Positions 19,000-27,712 of a DNA stretch of 64,000 nucleotides are shown piece by piece (within the stretch, counting starts at the first letter, position 1; every line of letters begins with the position of its first letter). The DNA lies in the IMG/VR virus record IMGVR_UViG_3300023174_006137, positions 95,492 to 159,491 of that record, one strand, 5' to 3'. The notes under the pieces were generated by a model. That model saw only the letters and a program-made list of their open reading frames with translations. It did not search any database and was not told where the DNA came from. This DNA is from a virus. A program made the position numbers and the translations under genes.

Positions 19000-19068
19000 T
19001 TACATAAGAATCCCGTCCAATGTTTCCATTAGATTAAGCAAATTCATATTTAGATTCCTATTTCTCAT
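19000..19068 (-). promoter_or_regulatory. Leader peptide MRNRNLNMNLLNLMETLDGILM (Leu/Met/Arg attenuator)
   Basis: Codons AGG, CTA, ATG, TTG, CTT, CTA, ATG; GACGGGATT is complementary to terminator AATCCCGTC. Confidence 0.88.
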
Positions 19069-19100
19069 ATTATTATATATTAATTTTTTATTTCTTTTTA

Positions 19101-19131
19101 CAAAAGTAAGAAAAAATTTTTATTTTACAAA
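19101..19131 (-). promoter_or_regulatory. Bacteroidota sigma70-type promoter of tRNA operon 2
   Basis: TTTG ... TACTTTTG. Confidence 0.7.
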
Positions 19132-19160
19132 TTTTTTTTAAAATTTTTTTCTTGTGGTAA

Positions 19161-19421
19161 TTAACTAAATGTTATTTGATCATAATCATACCAATCATTT
19201 TTAGTATAGTCCCAATGTCTAAAATCATAAAAACTGATATGAAAATATACTAATTTTAATAACTCTATGCGAAATTCAACACCAGCATGATCACATTTAG
19301 AACGTGACTGCAATGAAATTACAAACCAATTGGCTAGGTCATTTAAGGTTAATTGTATTTCTATACCTTTATGTAAAGTTATTTGTTTAAAAAATAAAAA
19401 GGTTTTACTAAATTTTTTCAT
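19161..19421 (-). CDS. Hypothetical phage protein
   Basis: 86 aa; DHAG..F.....L....I.FYD.RHWD pattern. Confidence 0.6.
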   Translation of the reverse strand: MKKFSKTFLFFKQITLHKGIEIQLTLNDLANWFVISLQSRSKCDHAGVEFRIELLKLVYFHISFYDFRHWDYTKNDWYDYDQITFS

Positions 19422-19456
19422 GTAGAATTATTTTTTCTTATATATAAATTTTTTTG

Positions 19457-19545
19457 AGTGCAAAACAGGATTCGAACCTGTGATGTTGGAATTTACCAAG
19501 ACACTTTTGCAGAGTGCCGCTTTCGACCACTTAGACTACTTGCAC
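19457..19545 (-). tRNA. tRNA-Cys(GCA), long variable arm
   Basis: GCACT-CT GCA AA-AGTGT; U73. Confidence 0.8.
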
Positions 19546-19552
19546 AAATTAG

Positions 19553-19625
19553 AGGTGCTGATAAGAATTGAACTTATGTATTAGATTTTGCAGATCTACG
19601 CCTCAAACCGCTCGGCCACAGCACC
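19553..19625 (-). tRNA. tRNA-Cys(GCA)
   Basis: TAGAT-CT GCA AA-ATCTA; U73. Confidence 0.88.
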
Positions 19626-19636
19626 ATTAAATTAAG

Positions 19637-19709
19637 AGCTAAAGAACGGATTCGAACCGATATCATCTTTCATACCAAGAAAGTACCTAAACCATTCAGT
19701 CACTTCAGC
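19637..19709 (-). tRNA. tRNA-Thr(GGU)
   Basis: CTTTC-TT GGT AT-GAAAG. Confidence 0.85.
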
Positions 19710-19715
19710 ATTAAG

Positions 19716-19789
19716 AGCTAAGGAAGGGATTCAAACCCTCATATTCTTCATTACAAGTGAAGCGCCTAATTCAGTTCAGCCACCTTAGC
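19716..19789 (-). tRNA. tRNA-Thr(UGU)
   Basis: CTTCA-CT TGT AA-TGAAG. Confidence 0.85.
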
Positions 19790-19796
19790 ATTTTTG

Positions 19797-19869
19797 TTGT
19801 CCTGGTGGGTAACGATCCCACTGCCTCGATCTTATCAGGATCGCCATCTAACCATTGATATACAGGACA
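19797..19869 (-). tRNA. tRNA-Ile(GAU)
   Basis: CGATC-CT GAT AA-GATCG; T-loop ATCGTTA. Confidence 0.82.
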
Positions 19870-19879
19870 ATTTTACTTG

Positions 19880-19952
19880 TTGGATTGATCGGTTACGATC
19901 CGACTCTCTACACGATATCAGCGTGTTGCTTTCCCGATTAAGCTACAATCCA
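19880..19952 (-). tRNA. tRNA-Ile(GAU)
   Basis: ACACG-CT GAT AT-CGTGT; T-loop ATCGTAA. Confidence 0.82.
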
Positions 19953-19957
19953 AATTG

Positions 19958-20031
19958 CGGGAGTAGTAGGACTCGAACCTACCACCATTCGATTAACAGT
20001 CGAATGCTCTAACCAACTGAGCTATACTCCC
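19958..20031 (-). tRNA. tRNA-Asn(GUU)
   Basis: TTCGA-CT GTT AA-TCGAA; G73. Confidence 0.92.
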
Positions 20032-20037
20032 AATTTG

Positions 20038-20110
20038 TATTCTTGATCGGTTACGATCCGATTACCTCCACCATGTCACAGTGGCGCTCTCCCAATTGAG
20101 CTACAAGAAC
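20038..20110 (-). tRNA. tRNA-Val(GAC)
   Basis: CCACT-GT GAC AT-GGTGG; T-loop ATCGTAA. Confidence 0.82.
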
Positions 20111-20115
20111 ATTTG

Positions 20116-20187
20116 CTGATGAGGAGAATTACGATATCTCGACTCTCGCCTTAACAGGGCGACACTCTGCCTCTGAGTTACTCACCA
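20116..20187 (-). tRNA. tRNA-Asn(GUU)
   Basis: TCGCC-CT GTT AA-GGCGA; G73; T-loop ATCGTAA. Confidence 0.8.
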
Positions 20188-20194
20188 ATTTTTG

Positions 20195-20281
20195 TGATCC
20201 TAACAGGATTCGAACCTGTGTTAACATTTACTGCCTCAGGCTTGTAAAACCTGCGCTCTAAACCAACTGAGCTATAGGATC
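20195..20281 (-). tRNA. tRNA-Val(UAC), long variable region
   Basis: CAGGT-TT TAC AA-GCCTG. Confidence 0.82.
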
Positions 20282-20287
20282 AGTTTG

Positions 20288-20361
20288 TAGTTCCAGCGGG
20301 ATTCAAACCCAGCATGAAGGCTTTAGAAGAGCCTCGTCCTATTCAGTTAAACGATGGAACC
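20288..20361 (-). tRNA. tRNA-Arg(UCU)
   Basis: AGGCT-CT TCT AA-AGCCT. Confidence 0.85.
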
Positions 20362-20366
20362 ATTTG

Positions 20367-20439
20367 TCGGAGCGCCGGGAGTCGAACCCGATTTAAGTGT
20401 GTATAAGACACCTGTGCTATACCGTTCTACTACACTCCG
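20367..20439 (-). tRNA. tRNA-Ile(UAU)
   Basis: GGTGT-CT TAT AC-ACACT; C1-G72 acceptor. Confidence 0.78.
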
Positions 20440-20445
20440 TTATTG

Positions 20446-20532
20446 TGGCTCAGGTCGGGGTCGAACCGACACGGGCGTTGCGGCCCACGGGATTTTAAGT
20501 CCCGCATGTATTACCAGTTTCATCACTGAGCC
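20446..20532 (-). tRNA. tRNA-Leu(UAA)
   Basis: CGGGA-CT TAA AA-TCCCG; class II arm. Confidence 0.9.
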
Positions 20533-20545
20533 ATTTTATTTACTT

Positions 20546-20580
20546 AAAAAAAAAATCTCAAACTTTTGAGTTTGAGATTA
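20546..20580 (-). terminator. Attenuator terminator of the 13-tRNA operon
   Basis: AATCTCAAACT-CAAA-AGTTTGAGA followed by a long T run. Confidence 0.88.
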
Positions 20581-20602
20581 AATCCAAATATAAAATATTT
20601 TA

Positions 20603-20704
20603 TTACACCTGTCGATTTAATCCCATACCAACTCTAATCACACATAACGTATTGTTATTTATGATTAAATTATTATTAATGGTATTTCTACAAATGTTTT
20701 TCAT
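20603..20704 (-). promoter_or_regulatory. Leader peptide MKNICRNTINNNLIINNNTLCVIRVGMGLNRQV (N/I/C/R/T/L/V attenuator)
   Basis: 23 consecutive codons drawn only from the operon's amino acids; GAGTT..TGGGATTA is complementary to terminator TAATCTCA-AACTC. Confidence 0.88.
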
Positions 20705-20791
20705 ATAGCTTATATATTTAAATTTAATTTTGTTTTTTTGTCTTATGGACTTTTTATTGTTTTATTTGCTTGTTTGTTTTTAATTATAATG

Positions 20792-20822
20792 CAAAGATAC
20801 GCAAAAGTTTTAAAATAGCAAA
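20792..20822 (-). promoter_or_regulatory. Bacteroidota sigma70-type promoter of tRNA operon 3
   Basis: TTTG ... TATCTTTG. Confidence 0.75.
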
Positions 20823-20860
20823 TTTTTTTTCAATTTTTTTATATTTTTCTTTTAATAATA

Positions 20861-21193
20861 TCAATCATTTATTATATCATTTATTTTTTGCTCACGATGT
20901 ATAGCTAATGGTATAAAATTATCAGAAATAATACCACCAAACCAACATTCTGGCATATCAATTATATCTCCAATTTTATATTCTCGTATCTCTTTTATAC
21001 ATATAAAAGGTATAATTGAATATAATGATGATATTGGAACATTAAATTTAGTTTGCGTATTTAATTTAAATACCAAAGCTCGTTTTTTTCCATCAAAAGA
21101 AATTAAGGAACACTCACCATTATTCCATGACTGCGATGCAGAATCACTATACAAATAGTAAGTGTTTCCTATAATTAATTTTTTTGCTTCCAT
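20861..21193 (-). CDS. Hypothetical protein with C-terminal RxxKIxxI tag
   Basis: Ends REQKINDIIND. Confidence 0.55.
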   Translation of the reverse strand: MEAKKLIIGNTYYLYSDSASQSWNNGECSLISFDGKKRALVFKLNTQTKFNVPISSLYSIIPFICIKEIREYKIGDIIDMPECWFGGIISDNFIPLAIHREQKINDIIND

Positions 21194-21465
21194 GAAGATT
21201 TTTTAGTTATATGATTAGCAACTTCTTCAGGTGTGTTAAACATATTATCCTCATTTCTAATAACACTATAAAATTGAGGCATACCACCAACTTCTGTTTC
21301 AGTTGCTTTCCTATCAACTAAACAATTATAAGTTGTTATAACACCAGTTGCTATAACTTTAATATCAATAGAAGAAATAATTGCTTCAACTATTTTTGCT
21401 TTTTCGTCCGAACCAACAACTATAAAAATAGATTGTCCATGTTCATATGTAGTTTTAATTGTCAT
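21175..21465 (-). CDS. Hypothetical phage protein
   Basis: 96 aa ORF in operon. Confidence 0.55.
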   Translation of the reverse strand: MTIKTTYEHGQSIFIVVGSDEKAKIVEAIISSIDIKVIATGVITTYNCLVDRKATETEVGGMPQFYSVIRNEDNMFNTPEEVANHITKKSSWKQKN

Positions 21466-21469
21466 ATTA

Positions 21470-22210
21470 TTAATTTAATTCTCTAAATTCATTTATATTT
21501 AATAAATAATGATTACAATAACCATTCATAGTTATTTCCGATGCATGGTAATGTCCATAAACATGATATTTAATCCAATTTCCATTTGATTGTAAAATGT
21601 TAAACATTTCAGTCATATCATCTCTTTCTTTTTTTAAATCAGCATACAATTCTTTATCGGAATAGGCAAAATCATCAACAAATTCACCAAATCCTTTCCG
21701 ATTATCTGGATAACACCATTCAGGTGCGGTATGTGATACAACTACATCAACACCAGTTATATCTTTTAACTTTTCTCTATCTAAAACAAATACTTCATTT
21801 TCCCACCATGATTTTTGACTTGAACCATTATGTGAATTTAATATATCTCTATTAATCCTATATCGTCTATCAATAGATACGGCACCACCAACAAATAAAT
21901 GCTTTTTACCATCTATTTCCATAGTAGTATAATCAGGAACTAATTTTAGATTAGAATAAATATGATTTCCTAAAAAATAATATGGCGAATCATGGTTCCC
22001 TCTGCAAGCTATTAGAATCAAGTTTTTTGTGGCACAAAATTTATTTAAATCTTCTAAAGTTTGTAAATCATATTTATTATTAAATCCAATTCCAAAATCT
22101 CCAACTTGGATAATATAAGTAACTTCTTCGTTGTCACCTAATTTATATCTATCAATCAGAGATTTAATTGTTTTCCATGCGCCGTGTATGTCTCCTAAGT
22201 AAATAGTCAT
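21470..22210 (-). CDS. Calcineurin-like metallophosphoesterase
   Basis: GDIHG, QVGDFG, RGNHD, SHTAP, GHYH; start moved to MTIYLGD. Confidence 0.88.
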   Translation of the reverse strand: MTIYLGDIHGAWKTIKSLIDRYKLGDNEEVTYIIQVGDFGIGFNNKYDLQTLEDLNKFCATKNLILIACRGNHDSPYYFLGNHIYSNLKLVPDYTTMEIDGKKHLFVGGAVSIDRRYRINRDILNSHNGSSQKSWWENEVFVLDREKLKDITGVDVVVSHTAPEWCYPDNRKGFGEFVDDFAYSDKELYADLKKERDDMTEMFNILQSNGNWIKYHVYGHYHASEITMNGYCNHYLLNINEFRELN

Positions 22211-22284
22211 TATAATTATTTTTACAAAAATACGAAAAATAATTGAAGGGACAAAACTATTTTTTATATATATTAGAGTAATAT

Positions 22285-23088
22285 ATGACAAACATAGATA
22301 TAATAGATAAAATAAAAAAGGAATACCCAAAAAATGGACTACAAAAAACTGCCAATATAATTGGTATTAGTTTATATACTTTAAAGAAAATAATTAAAAA
22401 AAATAATATTATTTTAGGAGAGAAGGAAAGAAGAGTGGAATTTTCCAATTTTGAAAAAATAAATAAAAAAGAAGTTGCTTATTTTTTAGGTTTCTTTTGG
22501 TCTGATGGCGCAATAAGCAGAGATGAAATTTGTATAGAGATAAAATATGATGATAGTAATTCTATTTTAGATATATTAAATAAATTCGGTAATTGGAGAG
22601 TTAACAATAGAGTTAGAAAACTCAAAGGCAAAGAATATAAACAATCTTGCATAAGAATTAATGATAAGAAAATTAAAAATTTTCTATTAGAAAATGATTA
22701 TGGCAATAAATCAACAACAACTCCAACAAAAATATTATCTCTTATGCCAAATGATTTACAGCCTTATTTTTTCAGGGGGCTTATAGATGGAGATGGTTGT
22801 TTTTGTTCTAAAAACAGAAGTTATTTTTCTATTACAGGAACAATTAATCAAGATTGGCATGAAATAGAAAATTTATTTAATTATTTAAATATTAATTATA
22901 AATTAACATTAAAAGAACGGAAAACAGGTAATTCAAGTTATGTAGTTATATCTAATAAAAAAGATATAACTACATTGGGAAATTATATTTATGGAGAAAA
23001 TTATGACAATATTGGACTTTATAGAAAATATAAAATATATATGGAGATAAAAAACAAACCAATATCAAAATATTCAAAATATAAATGA
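22285..23088 (+). CDS. Free-standing LAGLIDADG homing endonuclease
   Basis: YFLGFFWSDG and FFRGLIDGDG motifs. Confidence 0.85.
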   Translation: MTNIDIIDKIKKEYPKNGLQKTANIIGISLYTLKKIIKKNNIILGEKERRVEFSNFEKINKKEVAYFLGFFWSDGAISRDEICIEIKYDDSNSILDILNKFGNWRVNNRVRKLKGKEYKQSCIRINDKKIKNFLLENDYGNKSTTTPTKILSLMPNDLQPYFFRGLIDGDGCFCSKNRSYFSITGTINQDWHEIENLFNYLNINYKLTLKERKTGNSSYVVISNKKDITTLGNYIYGENYDNIGLYRKYKIYMEIKNKPISKYSKYK

Positions 23089-24023
23089 TTTTAGAAAAAA
23101 GAAGCATTCCTAATATAGTAAAGGAAATAATAGATGAAAATCTAATAGAAATTGAAAATATTATTAAAAAAAATATAAATAAAAGTTTAATATTAAATAT
23201 CGACAAAAACACAATTGTGAACAATAAAAATGTTTATTTGAAATGTAATTTAACTATTAATTTTGAATTTAATGATATTAATAAATATACTGGAGATATA
23301 AATTATCAATCAATAATAGATAATGATTTTAAAAATTGCATAATAAATATATTTTTACCATTAGACTCTAAAATAAACTTATCTATATCGGCATTATCAC
23401 ATGAGTTATTTCATCTTTATGAATTGTTTCAAATTAAAAAAATATTTAAAAAAACAAAATGGCAACACACTACTGACCTAATTGATTTAGAAAAAATGGA
23501 TTTATATAAATACAATTCAATAAAATATTTTAAAAATTTAATATATTTGTCTTTGCCACATGAAATTAACGCAAGAATAGCATCTATGCATTTTTATCTT
23601 TTAGGATTTAAATCCAATGATAAAGAATTTTTGCTCAATAAATTAAAAACTACTAAGGAATATAATTATTTTAATATGCTAAATAATTTTGATGATAATT
23701 ATTATTTAGACTTTTTAATAAAAGAAATAGGATTAGACAGCGCAATAAATATATTTAATTTTTTAAATATAATATTAAAAATTAAATATACGATATCAAA
23801 TATAAATGATTTGAAAAAATATTTTGAAAAAATCAAAAAATATTTTATGGATTTGATGAAATATTATAATAAAAAAATAACAAGAATACTATATGATATA
23901 TCCAATGATGCCTTTGAATACATACATCAGGATAGATATATTTTATCATTTGAAGAAATGATAAAGGAACAAAAAAACACTAAAAAAGATAAAGATATAG
24001 ATTATAAATTATATTTTAATTGA
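23085..24023 (+). CDS. Putative zincin (HExxH) protein
   Basis: HELFH ... HEINAR. Confidence 0.5.
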   Translation: MILEKRSIPNIVKEIIDENLIEIENIIKKNINKSLILNIDKNTIVNNKNVYLKCNLTINFEFNDINKYTGDINYQSIIDNDFKNCIINIFLPLDSKINLSISALSHELFHLYELFQIKKIFKKTKWQHTTDLIDLEKMDLYKYNSIKYFKNLIYLSLPHEINARIASMHFYLLGFKSNDKEFLLNKLKTTKEYNYFNMLNNFDDNYYLDFLIKEIGLDSAINIFNFLNIILKIKYTISNINDLKKYFEKIKKYFMDLMKYYNKKITRILYDISNDAFEYIHQDRYILSFEEMIKEQKNTKKDKDIDYKLYFN

Positions 24024-24050
24024 AAAGTCCAACTAATTAGTTGGACTTTC
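24024..24050. terminator. Bidirectional terminator
   Basis: AAAGTCCAACTAA/TTAGTTGGACTTT palindrome. Confidence 0.65.
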
Positions 24051-24953
24051 TAATAATGGTAAAATGGTTTCACACCATTTTTTAAATTCATCAAAATCAT
24101 TCTTTTTATATAAATCTATCATTCCTAATAGAGGATTACCATAGTGAGATATAGTATTTGGTTCTGCACCAAAAAGTATTACATCTTCTCTATTTTTTAT
24201 AGTCATTAATGGTGGTAAATCAAGCCTATCAAGTGTCCATCTTTCAATAACCAAATTAGGATTTTGTCTAGCTTGATGTTTTGCTGGAAGTTTTGCCAAT
24301 TCTTCAGTAGTAAATGGTTTTAAAACTCTTTTTCTCTGAATATATGTGCCTCTTTTGAAGAAAGCAGGATAATCATTCCAATTTACACCTTTTTGAAAAA
24401 GCATTTCTTGTTTATCTGAACCCGATTTTCCGTGTAATTCGTTATGAGAATAATAATGTTGTGCTGCCATGCTAATAGAATTTTTAGTAGCATCTATTTC
24501 ACGCCACAAAAAGGTATTAGCAGCTTCTTGAATTGTTGGAACATTAAATACTCTACAATCTAATCTTGGCATCAAATGTGTTTTTTCAGGTAGATATTTA
24601 GGCAATTCTCTATTAAAAAATACTGAAGCCATACCAGCTAAATCAGATATCATTTTAAATAATCTACCATCAAAATATATTTTTGATTCATATGAATCTG
24701 AATACCAAACTAAAGTTATTTCATCACTTTGAGTATAACCACAATTTGCATTAGTTTCTTTAACTAAATACTTAGTTGTTTCAACCATTAAATTTGATAA
24801 CCTCTCATCATAGGGCCTTTTTAGTCCTTTTGTAAATTTAGAAAATCCTTTACCATCTAATCTGGCTATTACAGGAATTCTTGGAAGCATACGAATGCCA
24901 CAAGTAGCATCTTCATACATTTTTATTCTATCCCCTAAAGTATCTTTTATCAT
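24033..24953 (-). CDS. thg1: Thg1-like tRNA(His) guanylyltransferase / 3'-5' polymerase
   Basis: ARLDGKGFSKFT, YTQSDEITL, DCRVF, WRE.DATKNSI, KQEML, WND.P..FKRG. Confidence 0.92.
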   Translation of the reverse strand: MIKDTLGDRIKMYEDATCGIRMLPRIPVIARLDGKGFSKFTKGLKRPYDERLSNLMVETTKYLVKETNANCGYTQSDEITLVWYSDSYESKIYFDGRLFKMISDLAGMASVFFNRELPKYLPEKTHLMPRLDCRVFNVPTIQEAANTFLWREIDATKNSISMAAQHYYSHNELHGKSGSDKQEMLFQKGVNWNDYPAFFKRGTYIQRKRVLKPFTTEELAKLPAKHQARQNPNLVIERWTLDRLDLPPLMTIKNREDVILFGAEPNTISHYGNPLLGMIDLYKKNDFDEFKKWCETILPLLESPTN

Positions 24954-25069
24954 GTTATGAATTTTTACAAAAATACGAAAAAAGAATTGAAAAAGCAAAA
25001 ATTTTTCTGACTTTTTCCAATATAGGTATTGGTAAAATTAATATATATTTTATTAAAAACAATACAAAT

Positions 25070-25780
25070 ATGGGTAAAAAATGGACTAATCAAACAAAAA
25101 TATTACACGGAAAGAAAAAAGAATTAGGTATAAAAAAATTAACTATTGCAAATTGCAAAAAATATCCAAATAATCCTTACCAACTTATTTTTGATGGCGT
25201 ACATGTTGCTTTTTTTCCTGATTGGAACAAAGCTTTTTCAGCGATAGACGAAGTTGTAAAAAATGGTATTGATTTTGTGCGTGAGATAAATAAAAGGGTA
25301 ATTAAAAATCTTGAAATAAATGATGGTCAAATGAGGTGTTATAGATGTAATATGTTTAAACACATAGATTCATTTAAATATGGTCATAAATATTGTTATG
25401 ATTGTGTTTTGCAAGAAAAAAAAGAATATTATTATTTGAATAAATATAAAATCTCAAAAAATAGGTATTCTAGTTTTGAAAGCTATTTAAACAGCTTAAT
25501 AGGTAAACGAGATAGAAAAGAATTTTTCTCACTCGAAGATTTGATGGATATTCTTAAAAGACAAGACTATAAATGTGCTATAACTAGACAAGAATTTGAG
25601 TTGAAAAAAAATAGTCCAAAATTACCTTCGATTGATAGAATCAATCCTAAATCGAATGGCGGTGACTATAGTTTAGATAATATTCAACTCGTTTGGCATG
25701 GTGTTAATTCATTTAAAAGTAATTGGTCAATGGACTTTCTGATTGAATGCTCTAAACATATAGTTAATAATAATGTTTAA
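25070..25780 (+). CDS. HNH-type (endonuclease VII-like) homing endonuclease
   Basis: Q..KCAIT, SIDRI....GGDY..DNIQLV...VN..K. Confidence 0.75.
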   Translation: MGKKWTNQTKILHGKKKELGIKKLTIANCKKYPNNPYQLIFDGVHVAFFPDWNKAFSAIDEVVKNGIDFVREINKRVIKNLEINDGQMRCYRCNMFKHIDSFKYGHKYCYDCVLQEKKEYYYLNKYKISKNRYSSFESYLNSLIGKRDRKEFFSLEDLMDILKRQDYKCAITRQEFELKKNSPKLPSIDRINPKSNGGDYSLDNIQLVWHGVNSFKSNWSMDFLIECSKHIVNNNV

Positions 25781-25962
25781 GACTCATATTTACCACCTTT
25801 TCTTTTTCTTTTACAAAACTGACGCTGACTAAATCCGGATGGATTAGAACAATTAATAGATTTTTTATATTTAACACTCCAACGAGATTTCATACCATTT
25901 CTTGGTTTATTATAAGATTCTGATATAAATTCTTCAAAAGTAAAAATTGTTTCCATAAACAT
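25777..25962 (-). CDS. Small basic T4-like phage protein
   Basis: WS.KYKKSINC.NP.GFSQ...C pattern; capsid-targeting-like N-terminus. Confidence 0.6.
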   Translation of the reverse strand: MFMETIFTFEEFISESYNKPRNGMKSRWSVKYKKSINCSNPSGFSQRQFCKRKRKGGKYES

Positions 25963-25993
25963 ATATATTTTTTATAAAAAATATATATGTTAT

Positions 25994-26815
25994 ATGAAAA
26001 AGTTATTTACATTAATTTTTATTTTATTTTCCTTAACAGCAATAGCACAAACAGATTCTATATTATTATCTTTATCTGGTGGTGGCGAATTTAATTCTGG
26101 AAATGTTAATTCTTCTAAATTAAATTTTATATTAGAGTTATCAGGTTATAAAAATAACCATACTTGGTCTATCACACCTTCCTACAAATATATAGAAAAT
26201 CAAATATCACCATCAAATAAATCTACATCAACACAAAACGAATTTTATTCAGTTCAAAATTATACATTCCAGAATCAAAAACCATTTAAATTAATGTTGT
26301 TTTCAGAATTAGAACATTCCGAAGTAAAGAAAATTGATTTAAGAGCTAATATTGGTTTTGGTGTTGGACATAAATTATATAATAAAAATGGGGTTGATAT
26401 ATCAATTTCAGAAGTTATTTTACCTAACTATTATCAAAATATGGTATTCACAACACCAACTTCTAAAATTGGTATAAAAAATCGCAATAATACCAGCATA
26501 TATGCTTCAACAAGATTAAAATGTGTTTATAAAACAGGTATATTTACTTTTACCAGTATTAATATGATACAACCATCTTTATATACAAAGGATTATGACG
26601 GAACATTAATTAAAACTAATGATAATATTAATTTTAGGAGCAATAATACATTAGATTTTTTAATCAAACATGGTTTTTCATTTGGCGTTGCATATAATTA
26701 TGATTACCAATCTTATTTAAATTATATAAATCGTATTAATAACCTATCTTTATCTAATTCAGATGCACAATTTATATTTTATCTTAAAAAAGGTTTTATA
26801 AAAAAGAAAAATTAA
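25994..26815 (+). CDS. Signal-peptide-bearing outer-membrane beta-barrel (DUF481-like)
   Basis: MKKLF..TAIAQ signal peptide; GNVN, E....KKIDLR...G.G.G, alternating beta strands. Confidence 0.6.
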   Translation: MKKLFTLIFILFSLTAIAQTDSILLSLSGGGEFNSGNVNSSKLNFILELSGYKNNHTWSITPSYKYIENQISPSNKSTSTQNEFYSVQNYTFQNQKPFKLMLFSELEHSEVKKIDLRANIGFGVGHKLYNKNGVDISISEVILPNYYQNMVFTTPTSKIGIKNRNNTSIYASTRLKCVYKTGIFTFTSINMIQPSLYTKDYDGTLIKTNDNINFRSNNTLDFLIKHGFSFGVAYNYDYQSYLNYINRINNLSLSNSDAQFIFYLKKGFIKKKN

Positions 26816-27285
26816 TTAACACCATTATATACCCTTCTTAATAAAGCTAAAATATAAAAATTAGGTTTTATTATTGGATTTTCATTTAAAAAATCAAAAT
26901 ATTTTTCTTCTCCATAAACATCATTTATGAATGTTCCAACAGCGCCAGAACGGGACACACCGGCCAAACAATGCACATAAAACTCTTTTACATGACTATT
27001 TCTTTCAACAAATTCAATAATAGTTTCCGCCTGTTCCCTCGTAAAAAGTTGCATTTCTTGTTGTCCTCGCTTTACTCTTCGTTCATTTTCTTCTTCAGTT
27101 GCGTCATCAAATACCAATCTAAGCACATTAGAATAATTTTGTGGAAAATACGAATGTGGTAAATCTGAATTCATAATGGAAATAAATGCTTTATCTGTAT
27201 CCTCCTGAATTGTTTTATCGGTAGGAATACGCATTCTTTGCATTTTATCATCAAATCTATCTTTAGATAATACTCGAACTATCAT
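26812..27285 (-). CDS. Protein-tyrosine/dual-specificity phosphatase
   Basis: VHCLAGVSRS (CX5R) motif, FDD. Confidence 0.85.
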   Translation of the reverse strand: MIVRVLSKDRFDDKMQRMRIPTDKTIQEDTDKAFISIMNSDLPHSYFPQNYSNVLRLVFDDATEEENERRVKRGQQEMQLFTREQAETIIEFVERNSHVKEFYVHCLAGVSRSGAVGTFINDVYGEEKYFDFLNENPIIKPNFYILALLRRVYNGVN

Positions 27286-27584
27286 TAGTTATATTTTTTA
27301 GCAATTTTTTCAATTATTTCTTCTTCTTCTTTTGTTATTCGTAAATAACTTTTCGCCAAATCAGATAAATTTTTATGAAAATCCATTTCAATCGAACTTT
27401 TCTTTTCTGTTACATAATCCAAAATAAAAGCTTTTTTATCAGGATGATTATTTTTTTTCAAAAGTTCTTTTATATCTTTTTCAGATAATTCATTTATTAA
27501 TTCAAGAAATAATTGTTCCTTTTCCCTTGAACTCATAGACCACATGATGTCATCAATATCGACATCGACGCTTATATAACCCAT
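27285..27584 (-). CDS. Hypothetical protein
   Basis: 99 aa ORF. Confidence 0.55.
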   Translation of the reverse strand: MGYISVDVDIDDIMWSMSSREKEQLFLELINELSEKDIKELLKKNNHPDKKAFILDYVTEKKSSIEMDFHKNLSDLAKSYLRITKEEEEIIEKIAKKYN

Positions 27585-27593
27585 ATTTTGTTT

Positions 27594-27710
27594 TTATTTT
27601 TTTCTTCTACATCTCAAAGCTGCTGCCGCAACTGATTTAATTTTTTTAGAAGTTGATGTTTTTAATAATTTTGATGCTTTTGAAGCAATTTTTTTAGATG
27701 TTCTTGCCAT
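27594..27710 (-). CDS. 38-aa very basic small protein (below ORF-track cut-off)
   Basis: MARTSKKIASKASKLLKTSTSKKIKSVAAAALRCRRKK fills the intergenic gap exactly. Confidence 0.65.
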   Translation of the reverse strand: MARTSKKIASKASKLLKTSTSKKIKSVAAAALRCRRKK

Positions 27711-27712
27711 AA

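Noticed and set aside
19457-20532. CRISPR-like periodic repeats
   Set aside because: The periodicity comes from tandem tRNA T-arms; there are no identical repeats with spacers and no cas genes.
22285-23088. LAGLIDADG gene as part of an intron or intein
   Set aside because: Flanking genes are intact and differently oriented, with no splice or intein motifs; it is free-standing.
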